Positions 1-9,227 of a stretch of 32,000 nucleotides of DNA are shown here, piece after piece. Location: the NCBI RefSeq assembly GCF_000284455.1, contig NC_017039.1:2820001-2852000 (forward strand). Reading direction: 5' to 3'. Below the pieces are notes generated by a model. The model searched no databases and had not been told where the DNA came from. It saw only the letters and a program-made list of their open reading frames with translations. The translations under genes were made by a program, and so were the position numbers. Source of the stretch: Synechocystis sp. PCC 6803 substr. PCC-P. GTDB taxonomy: Bacteria > Cyanobacteriota > Cyanobacteriia > Cyanobacteriales > Microcystaceae. Positions within the stretch are counted from its first letter, which is position 1, and every line of letters begins with the position of its first letter.

Positions 1-282
1 GCCCAATTTCGTAACTACAATCGCTACAACAACTACAATAACCCTGGCGATCGTATTGGCACTCCTGGTTTTAGCCAACCGATCTTTATGCCTAATCGCA
101 GCGATACCTATCCTAATAGTTACTACAGAGGCCACAACCGTAATTACCGGGGCAAGGACGAATTAACCATCATCAATGGCGGTAGTAATTGCATCAACTG
201 TAGGGTGGACGGTTGGGAGCGTCGGGATAGGGATAATAATTGGCACCATCAACGTTATCGCCAGGAGTATTTTTATTACTAA
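1..282 (+). CDS. 3' end of a hypothetical protein with an Asn/Tyr/Arg-rich low-complexity C-terminus; the ORF is open at the left window edge
   Basis: Frame 1 is open from nt 1 to the TAA at 280-282 (AQFRNYNRYNNYNNPGDRIG...RYRQEYFYY*). The track only lists it from an internal Met at 88. No recognisable family. Confidence 0.4.
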   Translation, partial: AQFRNYNRYNNYNNPGDRIGTPGFSQPIFMPNRSDTYPNSYYRGHNRNYRGKDELTIINGGSNCINCRVDGWERRDRDNNWHHQRYRQEYFYY

Positions 283-406
283 TATTGCCCTAGTTAATAG
301 CAACAAAAATCCCCGCTGAACTTAATGAAGTCAACAGGGAAACGGTTGCTTATGGGGAAACCTTAGTGATGATCAGAAAATGTCTGAATCATGTTCAAAT
401 CATTTC

Positions 407-1363
407 CTAGGCTTTGTTGGCCATCGCAGTTTCCGGAGGAAGTTTAATATCCTTGGCTAACCCCAGCAAAGATAGGAATTTAATGGTCATCCAAGTTAAA
501 TCCACTTCCCACCATTGCAAACCATGGCGAGCAGAGTACTGATAGGCGTGGTGATTATTGTGCCAACCTTCACCGAAAGTTAACAATGCTACCCACCAAC
601 AATTGCGGGAATAATCATTGGATTCATGGCTAACGTAGCCGAACTTATGGGTGGCACTGTTGACAAACCAAGTGAAGTGGAAAACAAACACTAGGCGGAC
701 AAAAATGCCCCAAATAACGAAGGGCCAGCCCCCTAAGGCAAATAAAATCAAGCCTAGGGCGACCTGGATAAGAATTAGATTATTCTGGCAAAATTGATAA
801 AATTTATCGTCTTGGATATCCTTGGTGTAGCGGGGAATATCAGCTTTAGCAGGAATTTCAAACATCATCCAGCCGATGTGACTCCACCAAAAACCCTTAT
901 TAGAATCGTGGGGATCCGGGGTGGTGTCAGAAAATTTGTGGTGCATACGGTGTAAGCCGACCCACTCAAATACGCCCCCCTGACAGGCTAGGGTGCCACA
1001 GATTACGAAAATATACTCTAACCATTTAGGAACATTGAAACTGCGGTGGGAAATACAACGGTGAAAACCTAAAGTAATGCCAATGCCGCCGGTAATTACA
1101 TAGAGCAAGAAAGCCATCCCCACTGCTTTCCAACTGAAAAACTGGGGCAGGAAAGCCAACAGGGCCACCAAATGAATGGAGGTAAAAAAGAAGATCACAG
1201 TCCAAGCTGGAGTCAACTTGGGCTTGGAATCGTTGGGAAGAGCAGCAGTCATGAAAAAAAACCTAACGAAAAAACGGAATAATTGGCGCTTGTTAAAAAC
1301 GATTAAACTATTGTCAAAAAGTTTGCTTAAATATAGGTATTCAATGTTTAATGGGTTTAACAT
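407..1363 (-). CDS. desC: Acyl-lipid delta-9 fatty acid desaturase
   Basis: Three membrane-desaturase histidine boxes are present: HRCISH, HRMHH and HNNHH. Hydrophobic segments flank them. The sequence matches my recollection of Synechocystis DesC (318 aa). An alternative start at 1252 (MTAALPNDSK) is possible. Confidence 0.9.
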   Translation of the reverse strand: MLNPLNIEYLYLSKLFDNSLIVFNKRQLFRFFVRFFFMTAALPNDSKPKLTPAWTVIFFFTSIHLVALLAFLPQFFSWKAVGMAFLLYVITGGIGITLGFHRCISHRSFNVPKWLEYIFVICGTLACQGGVFEWVGLHRMHHKFSDTTPDPHDSNKGFWWSHIGWMMFEIPAKADIPRYTKDIQDDKFYQFCQNNLILIQVALGLILFALGGWPFVIWGIFVRLVFVFHFTWFVNSATHKFGYVSHESNDYSRNCWWVALLTFGEGWHNNHHAYQYSARHGLQWWEVDLTWMTIKFLSLLGLAKDIKLPPETAMANKA

Positions 1364-1473
1364 CGCCGGGATTTACCAACCATCCAAGAAAATCGAATCG
1401 GTGATGATCTCGAAGATTGAAAGATAGTTTAAGGGGAATTCCCAAATAACATCAAAAGTTAAATAATGTCTTA

Positions 1474-2721
1474 ATGAAATATTCCAGCTTCCTTAAACAA
1501 GCAGAAGAAAACCTAGTCCCAATCTTTTCGGAAATCGACGCAAAGGTCAAGGAAAATCTGTACAAAGTCATAGAGGCATTTCGGCACCATCGGGTAGGGG
1601 TACAGCACTTCGCCGGGGTGAGTGGTTATGGCCATGATGACCTAGGCAGAGATACTCTGGACGGGGTTTTTGCTCAGGTGATGGGGGCAGAGTCGGCCGC
1701 TGTACGGGTACAGTTTGTGTCCGGAACCCATGCGATCGCCTGTGCGTTGTACGGCATTTTGCGACCGGGGGATGAACTACTGTCGGCGGTGGGCTCTCCC
1801 TACGACACCCTCGAAGAAGTGATTGGTCTTAGGGGAAGTTGTCAAGGCTCCCTCGCTGACTTTAACATTTCTTATCGTCAATTGCCCCTCACGGCGGCCG
1901 GCACGGTGGATTGGCAAGGGCTAGAAACTGCAGTGCGTCCGGAAACTCGCTTAGTTTTAATCCAACGTTCCTGTGGTTACAGTTGGCGCCCCAGTTTGGC
2001 GATCGCCGACATTGCCAGAATTATCGAAATTGTTAAAGCCCAAAATCCTCGCACCCTTTGTTTTGTGGACAATTGCTACGGGGAATTCATTGAGACAGTG
2101 GAACCGACGGCGATCGGAGTGGATCTGATGGCTGGGTCTTTGATTAAAAATCCTGGGGGCACCATTGTTACGGCAGGGGGTTACCTAGCCGGGAAAGAGG
2201 AATGGGTGGAAGCGGGGGCCTATAGATTGACTGCCCCAGGCATTGGCCGGGAAGGGGGAGCCACTTTTGACCAAAATCGTCTGTTATTCCAAGGCCTCTT
2301 CCTTGCCCCCCAAATGGTGGGGGAAGCGATGAAATGTAACCATCTGCTGGCCCATGTGTTTGACCAATTGGGTTACCCGGTTAATCCTGCGCCCCTATCT
2401 CCCCGCCGGGATGTGATCCAAGCCATTCAGTTGGGCAGTCCAGAAAAATTATTGGCTTTTTGCCGGGCTCTACAAGGAGCTTCCCCCATTAGTTCCTATC
2501 TTCAACCCGTACCCGCCGCTATGCCTGGTTACGCCAGTGAAGTGGTGATGGCTGGGGGCACATTTATTGACGGCAGTACTTCCGAGTTGTCCGCCGACGG
2601 ACCATTGCGGGAACCCTACACCGTTTTTTGCCAAGGAGGCACCCACTGGACCCATATGGCGATCGCCTTGGAGGAAATTTTGGCCGCCTTTGAGGAGTTG
2701 GAGGACGGGAAAAAAGCCTAG
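1474..2721 (+). CDS. PLP-dependent YnbB / 'aluminium resistance protein' family enzyme (Cys/Met-metabolism gamma-lyase-like)
   Basis: 415-aa ORF starting MKYSSFLKQAEE..., with the length and motifs (GVSGYGHDD, SLIKNPGG) typical of the YnbB-like family. Confidence 0.6.
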   Translation: MKYSSFLKQAEENLVPIFSEIDAKVKENLYKVIEAFRHHRVGVQHFAGVSGYGHDDLGRDTLDGVFAQVMGAESAAVRVQFVSGTHAIACALYGILRPGDELLSAVGSPYDTLEEVIGLRGSCQGSLADFNISYRQLPLTAAGTVDWQGLETAVRPETRLVLIQRSCGYSWRPSLAIADIARIIEIVKAQNPRTLCFVDNCYGEFIETVEPTAIGVDLMAGSLIKNPGGTIVTAGGYLAGKEEWVEAGAYRLTAPGIGREGGATFDQNRLLFQGLFLAPQMVGEAMKCNHLLAHVFDQLGYPVNPAPLSPRRDVIQAIQLGSPEKLLAFCRALQGASPISSYLQPVPAAMPGYASEVVMAGGTFIDGSTSELSADGPLREPYTVFCQGGTHWTHMAIALEEILAAFEELEDGKKA

Positions 2722-2850
2722 ATCGTCAACATATCAGCCGTTTAGGGAAGTGGTCTGTGGCAGGGCTAGGAAGACCATCGCCGGTCATAGAATCAGGGTA
2801 GCTGGTCAAAACAGCCACAGTATTTGGAGGCGTGATTGACACGATTAGTT

Positions 2851-3183
2851 ATGAAAAATTCCTATTCCGCTCTCTGGGGTCGCCCAGCTAAAGTTGTCCT
2901 AGTGGCCCTAATTCTTGGTGGCTTGGGTTTAGCGATACCTAGCTATGCCCAGGAGACCCAAACTTACTACTGCTCCCCAACCGAAACATTGACAATTAAA
3001 ATGGTGGAAGGATCTGCCATTCAGGTTACCCTGCCGGATGGTCGCACAGTGGTTTTACCCCAAGCGGAATCGGCCTCTGGGAATAAATACAGCAATGGTT
3101 TCATCACCGTTTGGTCCAAGGGCAACACTGCCTTGGTGGAAGAGGGCGGCAACGTTAAATGGCAGGATTGCGTCAAAATTTGA
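2851..3183 (+). CDS. MliC/PliC-family protein (C-type lysozyme inhibitor-like), secreted
   Basis: The core SASGNKYSNGFITVWSKGNTALV closely parallels E. coli MliC [23 protein letters not shown]. Two conserved Cys bracket the domain (YYCSP ... QDCV). The N-terminal signal peptide ends in SYA-QE. The ATG at 2851 is preferred over the TTG at 2836. Confidence 0.75.
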   Translation: MKNSYSALWGRPAKVVLVALILGGLGLAIPSYAQETQTYYCSPTETLTIKMVEGSAIQVTLPDGRTVVLPQAESASGNKYSNGFITVWSKGNTALVEEGGNVKWQDCVKI

Positions 3184-3185
3184 TC

Positions 3186-3539
3186 ATGTTCATCCCTTCA
3201 GAGGACATTAACGCCATGGTTACTACTTCCACCGATCAAACCCGGCGATCGCCTACTTTTTTGTTGGTAACTTTACTGAGTTTGTTAACTGCGGCGTTGG
3301 TGTTCTTTCCCGTGCTGGCCCAGGCGGGAGAAGAGGAAAATCCCAATAATCCCATGGGTTACGAAGATGCGGACCGGAAGGATTACGAAAATATGAATCA
3401 GGAAAATTATCAGGATTTAACTGACGAAAAATCCGTCGATGATAATAGCTTAGATTACGAACAAGACGATCAGTATGAGAATGACAACCAGTATGAATAT
3501 GAAAATCAAGATGATGTAAAGTACCGCAATATGAACTAA
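3186..3539 (+). CDS. Hypothetical secreted, highly acidic Tyr/Asn/Asp/Glu-rich low-complexity protein
   Basis: The hydrophobic signal-like segment PTFLLVTLLSLLTAALVFFPVLAQA is followed by repeated D/Q-Y-E-N/D units. The ATG at 3186 lies 2 nt after the upstream stop. Alternative starts are at 3159 and 3216. Confidence 0.5.
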   Translation: MFIPSEDINAMVTTSTDQTRRSPTFLLVTLLSLLTAALVFFPVLAQAGEEENPNNPMGYEDADRKDYENMNQENYQDLTDEKSVDDNSLDYEQDDQYENDNQYEYENQDDVKYRNMN

Positions 3540-3545
3540 TTAGAC

Positions 3546-4469
3546 CTATTCAAAGGCATTGGTGATCGCCTGTTGACCCTGGGGGCTAGTGGCAAAACCC
3601 AAAAATGCTTCCACCTGGGGTGAGGGAGGCGTTTTGTAAAAATAAAATAATTGTCGTCGCAGGGGGTAATTTTCCTGGTTGGGGCTAAGGCTGTCAATGG
3701 GCACAATCCTGGCAGTTTGCTGGTTCTCTACCTGTCCATAGGTGGCGTAGCTGATGCCATTGCTACCCAAAGCCCGAATGATCGGGGTGGTGGCATCCCT
3801 GGGCATAGTTTGGAAATTTGCGCCCTGGCCAAACGCTTGTCCTTGCAACACTTGGGCGGCAAAGGTTTGTTGGGTGCCACTTTCAGAAGGTCGATTGATT
3901 ACTTGAATAGTGTTGTTTGGCCCCCCAACCTCAGACCAGTTACTAATTTTTCCCGTAAAAATATCCCGCAACTGAGCCGAAGTTAACCCTCCAGCAAAGG
4001 GATTTTGCCTGCCCACCATAACGGCGATCGTGTCACTGGCCACCGGCACCGCCGCAAGGCCTTGGGCCTGTTCCTGGGAAGTGAGGGGACGGGAACTAGC
4101 AGATAGATCAACTTTGCCCAAAATTAGGTTCACAACGCCCTTGTCGGTGCCCTGGGCATCGGTTTGCACCACTGTGCCGGGGAAAGTTTGCTGAAATTGA
4201 GCCTTCAGGGCCTCATTGATGTTGACCATACTAGTAGAGCCATCAATGGTAACTTTTGTCCCCGCTGGAACTTGGGTTGGCGCCACAAACGCATCGGAAG
4301 CTTGCAATTCTGGGGGAGGAGGTAACTGCCCTGGTTCGTTAACCATCTCTCCTGGGTTTTCACCACCTGTTTGGAAGCGTTGCCATAGCCACCAACCGCC
4401 CCCTGCCACCACCACTCCGGTAATGGCTAAAGCTCCGATTAAGATAACCGCTTCATTTTTTTGCCCCAT
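3546..4469 (-). CDS. PstS-like periplasmic phosphate-binding protein (PBP-like-2 domain) with an N-terminal membrane anchor and Pro-rich linker
   Basis: The order is a TM anchor (AVILIGALAITGVVVAGGGWWLW), a PPPP linker, then a PstS-family domain (IDGSTSM..., SDTIAVMV, ISYATYG). No pstCAB genes are adjacent. Confidence 0.7.
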   Translation of the reverse strand: MGQKNEAVILIGALAITGVVVAGGGWWLWQRFQTGGENPGEMVNEPGQLPPPPELQASDAFVAPTQVPAGTKVTIDGSTSMVNINEALKAQFQQTFPGTVVQTDAQGTDKGVVNLILGKVDLSASSRPLTSQEQAQGLAAVPVASDTIAVMVGRQNPFAGGLTSAQLRDIFTGKISNWSEVGGPNNTIQVINRPSESGTQQTFAAQVLQGQAFGQGANFQTMPRDATTPIIRALGSNGISYATYGQVENQQTARIVPIDSLSPNQENYPLRRQLFYFYKTPPSPQVEAFLGFATSPQGQQAITNAFE

Positions 4470-4581
4470 GGGTCATTGCTCCCAACTCTGTGCCATCGAA
4501 GTGGACAGATCATAGCCCATTTAGCTTTCGTTAACCTGTACTTAACCTCCCATCAATTTTGTCTAGTTCCCTCGATGAATT

Positions 4582-5775
4582 TTAAAGAAAACCCCAAGAT
4601 TGAAGTAGCTCAAGAACAGCCGGCTCCTCCTCGTAATGACCAATAGCATTCACCTCATCAGGCGCAATTAATCCCCTTGTCCGCAGGGCTTCCGCCGACT
4701 TGTCTGGATGGATAGTTCCATTTGTCCAAGGGGGCCACAAACAATCTGGCTGAAACTGATGGCCCTTGGCATACTCAAGCAACCTAAACTGCCCATTCGT
4801 GCAATTCCGCTCCGTGAGCAAATAGTGCTTATTTAGGCGACTCTCTGACGAAATACGAAGAAATTTGTCTATATATCTATTGATTTCGTTATGGTTCAAC
4901 TGAAGAGGATACTGATTAATATTTGCATTTTTCAACCGCGCATACGTGTCCCATAGGCGAAATTCCCTTGTGTGGATCGCGAAAACAAGTAAACGGGAGC
5001 CGTCAAGCACACTTAAAAGAAGTTTCGGGTTGTAATTAATTCGTCCTATTTCCTGGCCAGAGCCCACGCCGTGAATAGAAAAAAACAACTCATCAACAAT
5101 CTTGTAAGGCACTGCTTCATATGGCCATTGGTGATGGAGTAAAACCTGGTGACCGGGTTTAAGCCTCATGCGAACCTGGGAGTGAATGCCTAAACGACCT
5201 AATACTGGTACATCCGCCTCAACAACTTGAAAAATCATGTCTGCAATTGAATCGCGAGAAAAGACCGCAATGGCAAAACCATCTAAGTCCCGCACATTGG
5301 CAATAACAACCTGATTTTCAGTTGGTTTTAATCCCAAAAAATTCAGCTCCCCTGGCGTTATTCCTATAACGGGCCTGAAGTGCTCAACATTCACACACTG
5401 TCCAGCGTCGGCCGGATTTGCTCCGGGAGGAGTGGCCGTTGACCAAAAAAGCCTACCATCTTCATTCTGCCAACGGCGAACACGGTCCGGATCTGGACGA
5501 ATAAACACTCGCGAAGGAAATTCATAAGGGTCATCGGTCTGGCGGCAACTGTCATCCTCGTTGAAAGTCATTCCATGGGACATTAAAACCTCCCGATTGA
5601 TCGCCTTACATTCTGGTTCTGCACCAGTAGCTTCCGACCCCATGAACACAACAGCAAGCGCACTAACTAGAAGTTTAATTACCGTCGATTTGGCTAACTT
5701 ACCCTTCGAGAAAATTGTACTTGGACTATAAACACATAAGTTCTGATTTCGAAGGAAAAAATTGAGTTCCATCAT
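4582..5775 (-). CDS. Hypothetical secreted protein, possibly of the DUF4105 (Lnb N-terminal periplasmic domain-like) family
   Basis: There is a signal peptide (KSTVIKLLVSALAVVFMGSEATGA), conserved-looking His residues (GIHSQVRMRL, FSIHGVG) and an NCT motif (ERNCTNG, nt 4798-4806) like the one described for DUF4105. Confidence 0.45.
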   Translation of the reverse strand: MMELNFFLRNQNLCVYSPSTIFSKGKLAKSTVIKLLVSALAVVFMGSEATGAEPECKAINREVLMSHGMTFNEDDSCRQTDDPYEFPSRVFIRPDPDRVRRWQNEDGRLFWSTATPPGANPADAGQCVNVEHFRPVIGITPGELNFLGLKPTENQVVIANVRDLDGFAIAVFSRDSIADMIFQVVEADVPVLGRLGIHSQVRMRLKPGHQVLLHHQWPYEAVPYKIVDELFFSIHGVGSGQEIGRINYNPKLLLSVLDGSRLLVFAIHTREFRLWDTYARLKNANINQYPLQLNHNEINRYIDKFLRISSESRLNKHYLLTERNCTNGQFRLLEYAKGHQFQPDCLWPPWTNGTIHPDKSAEALRTRGLIAPDEVNAIGHYEEEPAVLELLQSWGFL

Positions 5776-5967
5776 TCATTTCTCTCCATTATCTGGATGC
5801 AAGCCAGAAAAAAGAAAAGACACGAGGAAATATTAAAGAGTGAAATATAAAAGACAATAATACTTATTATAATTAAAATGGCATGGTCACAGATGTGAAA
5901 TAGTCCAACGCTCTCTCTTGTATGATGATAGGGCAAGAAAAGTTTCAGTATTTTTAAGGATAAACGG

Positions 5968-6900
5968 ATGAAAATTTTGGTCACCGGCGGCACGGGCTTT
6001 TTAGGCACAACCCTCTGCAATCAACTAGAGGCCCAGGGTCATGAGCTAACCAAAATCAATTCCCGTAACTGTGACCTGACCCAACCGGATTCCCTACATC
6101 AGTTTACCAAGGGCAGTTTTGACCAAATTTATCACCTGGCTGCTTGGACCCAAGCGGGGGATTTTTGTTTGTCCCATCCGGGGGAACAGTGGCTGATCAA
6201 CCAAAAATTAAACACTAACGTTCTAGATTGGTGGCATAGTCAACAACCCCAGGCGAAGTTGATTTTTATGGGCACTAGTTGCGCCTATGATCCTAATTTG
6301 CCCTTGGAGGAGGAATATTACCTCACTGGTTTACCCATTGATAGTTTGTTCACCTACGCCATGACCAAAAGGATGCTTTATGCGGGGGCGTTGGCATTGC
6401 AAAAACAGTATGGGCTCAAATATCTCTGCTTAGTACCTTCTACCCTATACGGCCCCGGATACCATACCGATGGGCGGCAGATGCATTTTATTTTTGACCT
6501 GATTCGCAAAATTATTCGGGGTAAGCTCTACGGCGAAACGGTTACTCTCTGGGGGGACGGTTATCAGCGGCGGGAATTGGTCTTTGTAGAGGATTTTGCC
6601 CGCATTGCCCTGGAACTGGCGGCCATGGTGGATAACGATTTAGTCAATATTGGCGCGGGGGAAGAATTTACCATTCGTCGCTTTGCGGAATTAATTTGCC
6701 AGGAAGTGGACTACGACTTTAACCTGATTGAATTCGATACCAGCCGTTACGTGGGGGCCAAATCAAAATGCTTGGGGGTGAAAAAACTCCATGGCCTAAT
6801 GCCGGATTTACAACTGACCAGTTTGGATCAGGGTTTGGCCAAAACCATTAAGTGGTTCTGGAGCGAACAGGAAAAGTTGGTGCCTGCTTCTGTATCCTGA
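5968..6900 (+). CDS. NAD(P)-dependent epimerase/reductase, GDP-L-fucose synthase (Fcl)-like
   Basis: It has an N-terminal Rossmann motif (VTGGTGFLG), TSCAYD (compare E. coli Fcl SSCIYP) and a YAMTK YxxxK catalytic motif. The 310-aa length is typical of Fcl. Confidence 0.65.
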   Translation: MKILVTGGTGFLGTTLCNQLEAQGHELTKINSRNCDLTQPDSLHQFTKGSFDQIYHLAAWTQAGDFCLSHPGEQWLINQKLNTNVLDWWHSQQPQAKLIFMGTSCAYDPNLPLEEEYYLTGLPIDSLFTYAMTKRMLYAGALALQKQYGLKYLCLVPSTLYGPGYHTDGRQMHFIFDLIRKIIRGKLYGETVTLWGDGYQRRELVFVEDFARIALELAAMVDNDLVNIGAGEEFTIRRFAELICQEVDYDFNLIEFDTSRYVGAKSKCLGVKKLHGLMPDLQLTSLDQGLAKTIKWFWSEQEKLVPASVS

Positions 6901-6925
6901 AAGGGTAACTAGTTTCCCCTCTCCT

Positions 6926-8839
6926 GTGATTTCCATGACCACTAAACAGATTGCCCCCTATGGTTCCTGGCGATCGCCAATTACGGCCGATGCGTTGTTG
7001 GCGGGGAGTATTGGTTTGGGGGCAGTGCAAAACAGCGGTGAAGATGTCTTTTGGCTAGAAGCGAGGCCGGCAGAAAAAGGGCGTAATGTTCTAGTTCACC
7101 GGCAACCCGATGGCACTGTGCGGGATGTCACTCCGGCCCCTTTCAATGTCCGCACCAGGGTACACGAATATGGTGGCGGAGCCTTTTTGGTCACGGCGGA
7201 TGGGGTTTATTTCAGTAATTTCAGCGATCAACAGGTTTACGTCCAAGGCGTTGGGCAAGAACCGCAACGATTGACCAACAGACCAGACTGTCGTTTTGCT
7301 GATTTTGTTTTGGATCAACCCAGACAAAGATTAATTGCCGTTGGTGAACGTCATCACTCAGAAGCAAAGGAGCCGGAAAATTTTCTCGCCGCCATTAGTC
7401 TAGAAAATGGAGAGGTCACGACGATCGCCACGGTCCATGATTTTTATTCTTCCCCACGCCTCAGTCCTGACGGGCAGAAATTGGCTTGGATTACCTGGGA
7501 CCATCCCCATATGCCCTGGGATGCGACCCAACTATGGTTGGCCGACATTGACCAAGCAGGGAACCTCAGTAATCTTAAAATCATTGCTGGCCAGGCAGGT
7601 AATGAATCCATCCATGAACCCCAATGGTCCCCCGACGGCAGTTTATATTTTGTTGGCGATCGGACTGATTGGTGGAACCTATACCGCTATCACAAAGGGG
7701 AAGTGGATAACGTTTTTCCCCTCGATGCAGAATTTGCCTATCCCCATTGGGTATTTGGTTTACGGAGCTATACCTTTGTCGATACCGACACGATTCTTTG
7801 TACTTTCACCCAGGATGGCGCTTGGCAGTTGGGCAAACTGAAACCCTCCCGTAAACAGTTAAGCATTTTGGGACTGCCCTACAGCAATTACTCTTCTTTA
7901 TGTAGTGACGGCAAAACTCTCTGGTTCATTGGCAGTGGTCCCACCACATCATCCGCCGTGGTTGCCCTAGCAGTGGAGGCCCAAGAAACAGAAATTCTCA
8001 AAGTGGCTAGTGATTTTACCCTTGACCCAGCCTACCTTGCCCAGCCCCAAGCCATCAGTTTTTCCGGTGATGATGGTCAAACCGCCCACGCCTGGTACTA
8101 TCCCCCCACCAACGGTGATTTCCGAGGCCCCTCCGATGCCCTGCCTCCCCTGTTGGTCAAAAGCCATGGTGGTCCTACGGCGGCGGCCGGTAATTCTCTG
8201 AGTTTAAAAATTCAGTATTGGACTAGTCGAGGCTTTGCCTATGTGGATGTCAATTACGGTGGCAGTACGGGTTATGGCCGGGATTATCGTCAACGGCTAA
8301 ATGGTCAGTGGGGCATTGTTGATGTGGCGGATTGCGTCAATGCGGCCCGTTACCTGGCAGACCAAGGTTTGGTGGATGGGGAGCAACTGGCCATTTCCGG
8401 TGGTAGTGCGGGGGGCTACACTACCCTGGCAGCCCTGACTTTCCACAACGTTTTTAAAGCCGGGGCTAGTTATTACGGTGTGAGCGATTTGACTGCCCTG
8501 GCCACCGATACCCACAAATTTGAGGCCCGTTACCTCGACGGCCTAATTGGCCCCTATCCAGAAAGAAAGGATTTATACGAACGGCGATCGCCAGTGAACC
8601 ATGCAGACCAGCTTACTTGCCCGGTGATTTTCTTCCAGGGCTTGGAGGACAAAGTTGTGCCCCCTAACCAAACGGAAATGATGGTGCAAGCCCTCAAAGC
8701 CAAAGGCATTAAGGTGGAATATGTGGCCTTTCCCGAAGAACAACATGGCTTCCGCATGGCCGCCAACATTAAAAAAGCCCTGGAGTCAGAACTTGCTTTC
8801 TACGGCGAAGTGTTCGGCTTTACCCCTGCCAAAAATTGA
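6926..8839 (+). CDS. Prolyl oligopeptidase family (S9) serine peptidase with an N-terminal beta-propeller
   Basis: The C-terminal alpha/beta hydrolase domain carries the nucleophile motif ISGGSAGGYT and an EQHGF His motif. The N-terminal half has WSPDG repeats typical of TolB-like propellers. Start is GTG 6926 or ATG 6935. Confidence 0.8.
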   Translation: MISMTTKQIAPYGSWRSPITADALLAGSIGLGAVQNSGEDVFWLEARPAEKGRNVLVHRQPDGTVRDVTPAPFNVRTRVHEYGGGAFLVTADGVYFSNFSDQQVYVQGVGQEPQRLTNRPDCRFADFVLDQPRQRLIAVGERHHSEAKEPENFLAAISLENGEVTTIATVHDFYSSPRLSPDGQKLAWITWDHPHMPWDATQLWLADIDQAGNLSNLKIIAGQAGNESIHEPQWSPDGSLYFVGDRTDWWNLYRYHKGEVDNVFPLDAEFAYPHWVFGLRSYTFVDTDTILCTFTQDGAWQLGKLKPSRKQLSILGLPYSNYSSLCSDGKTLWFIGSGPTTSSAVVALAVEAQETEILKVASDFTLDPAYLAQPQAISFSGDDGQTAHAWYYPPTNGDFRGPSDALPPLLVKSHGGPTAAAGNSLSLKIQYWTSRGFAYVDVNYGGSTGYGRDYRQRLNGQWGIVDVADCVNAARYLADQGLVDGEQLAISGGSAGGYTTLAALTFHNVFKAGASYYGVSDLTALATDTHKFEARYLDGLIGPYPERKDLYERRSPVNHADQLTCPVIFFQGLEDKVVPPNQTEMMVQALKAKGIKVEYVAFPEEQHGFRMAANIKKALESELAFYGEVFGFTPAKN

Positions 8840-8878
8840 CGGCCAATGACCAGGGGCAGATTTTGTCCCAAGACTAAT

Positions 8879-8908
8879 TTGTGCAATAATCAGAGTTTGC
8901 GTATAAAT
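8879..8908 (+). promoter_or_regulatory. Putative sigma70-type promoter of the rpmG-rpsR operon
   Basis: TTGTGC (8879-8884), a 17-nt spacer, then TATAAAT (8902-8908), about 25 nt upstream of the rpmG ATG. Confidence 0.35.
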
Positions 8909-8933
8909 TACCGTATTCCTTCCCGCAACAGTT

Positions 8934-9131
8934 ATGGCTAAAAAAGGTAAGGGGGCACGCCTCGTCATCACCCTAGAATGCACCGAGTGCCGCAGTAACC
9001 CCGACAAGCGTTCCAATGGCGTTAATCGTTACACCACGATGAAAAATCGTCGTAACACCACCGCCCGGTTGGAACTGAAAAAATTCTGCACCCACTGCAA
9101 CAAACACACTATCCACAAGGAAACCAAATAA
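8934..9131 (+). CDS. rpmG: 50S ribosomal protein L33 (zinc-ribbon form)
   Basis: 65 aa, [19 protein letters not shown]...[14 protein letters not shown]. CxxC...CxxC with the canonical L33 sequence. Confidence 0.95.
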
Positions 9132-9227
9132 TTTCCCTGGTCTGTGAACATTTTCCTTAGTTCGGTATCCGCTTTGTAACCGAGATGCCCAAACTAGCAC
9201 CCTATCAAGTCATCTTCGCTAATCTCC

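Noticed and set aside
385-406. GTTCAAATC string resembling a tRNA T-loop just downstream of desC.
   Set aside because: The flanks cannot form a T-arm; only 3 nt are complementary. No acceptor or anticodon arms could be built.
3216-3300. Possible twin-arginine (Tat) signal, TRRSPTFLL, in the acidic protein.
   Set aside because: The spacing does not fit the S/T-R-R-x-F-L-K consensus because there are extra residues between RR and FL. A Sec-type signal is equally compatible.
4582-5775. Calling the DUF4105-like gene a genomic island on the basis of HIP1 absence.
   Set aside because: Native genes in the same window (bicA, the fcl-like gene, the PstS-like gene, much of the GGDEF gene) also lack HIP1 over 2-3.7 kb. 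No integrase, tRNA or direct repeats flank it. I kept only the weaker statement that composition looks AT-richer.
5772-6020. 82-aa minus-strand ORF spanning the AT-rich divergent region and the fcl-like start. The 83-aa + ORF at 1176-1427 over the desC start is a similar case.
   Set aside because: Both overlap the 5' ends of well-supported genes on the other strand. Both are dominated by AT-rich low-complexity codons.
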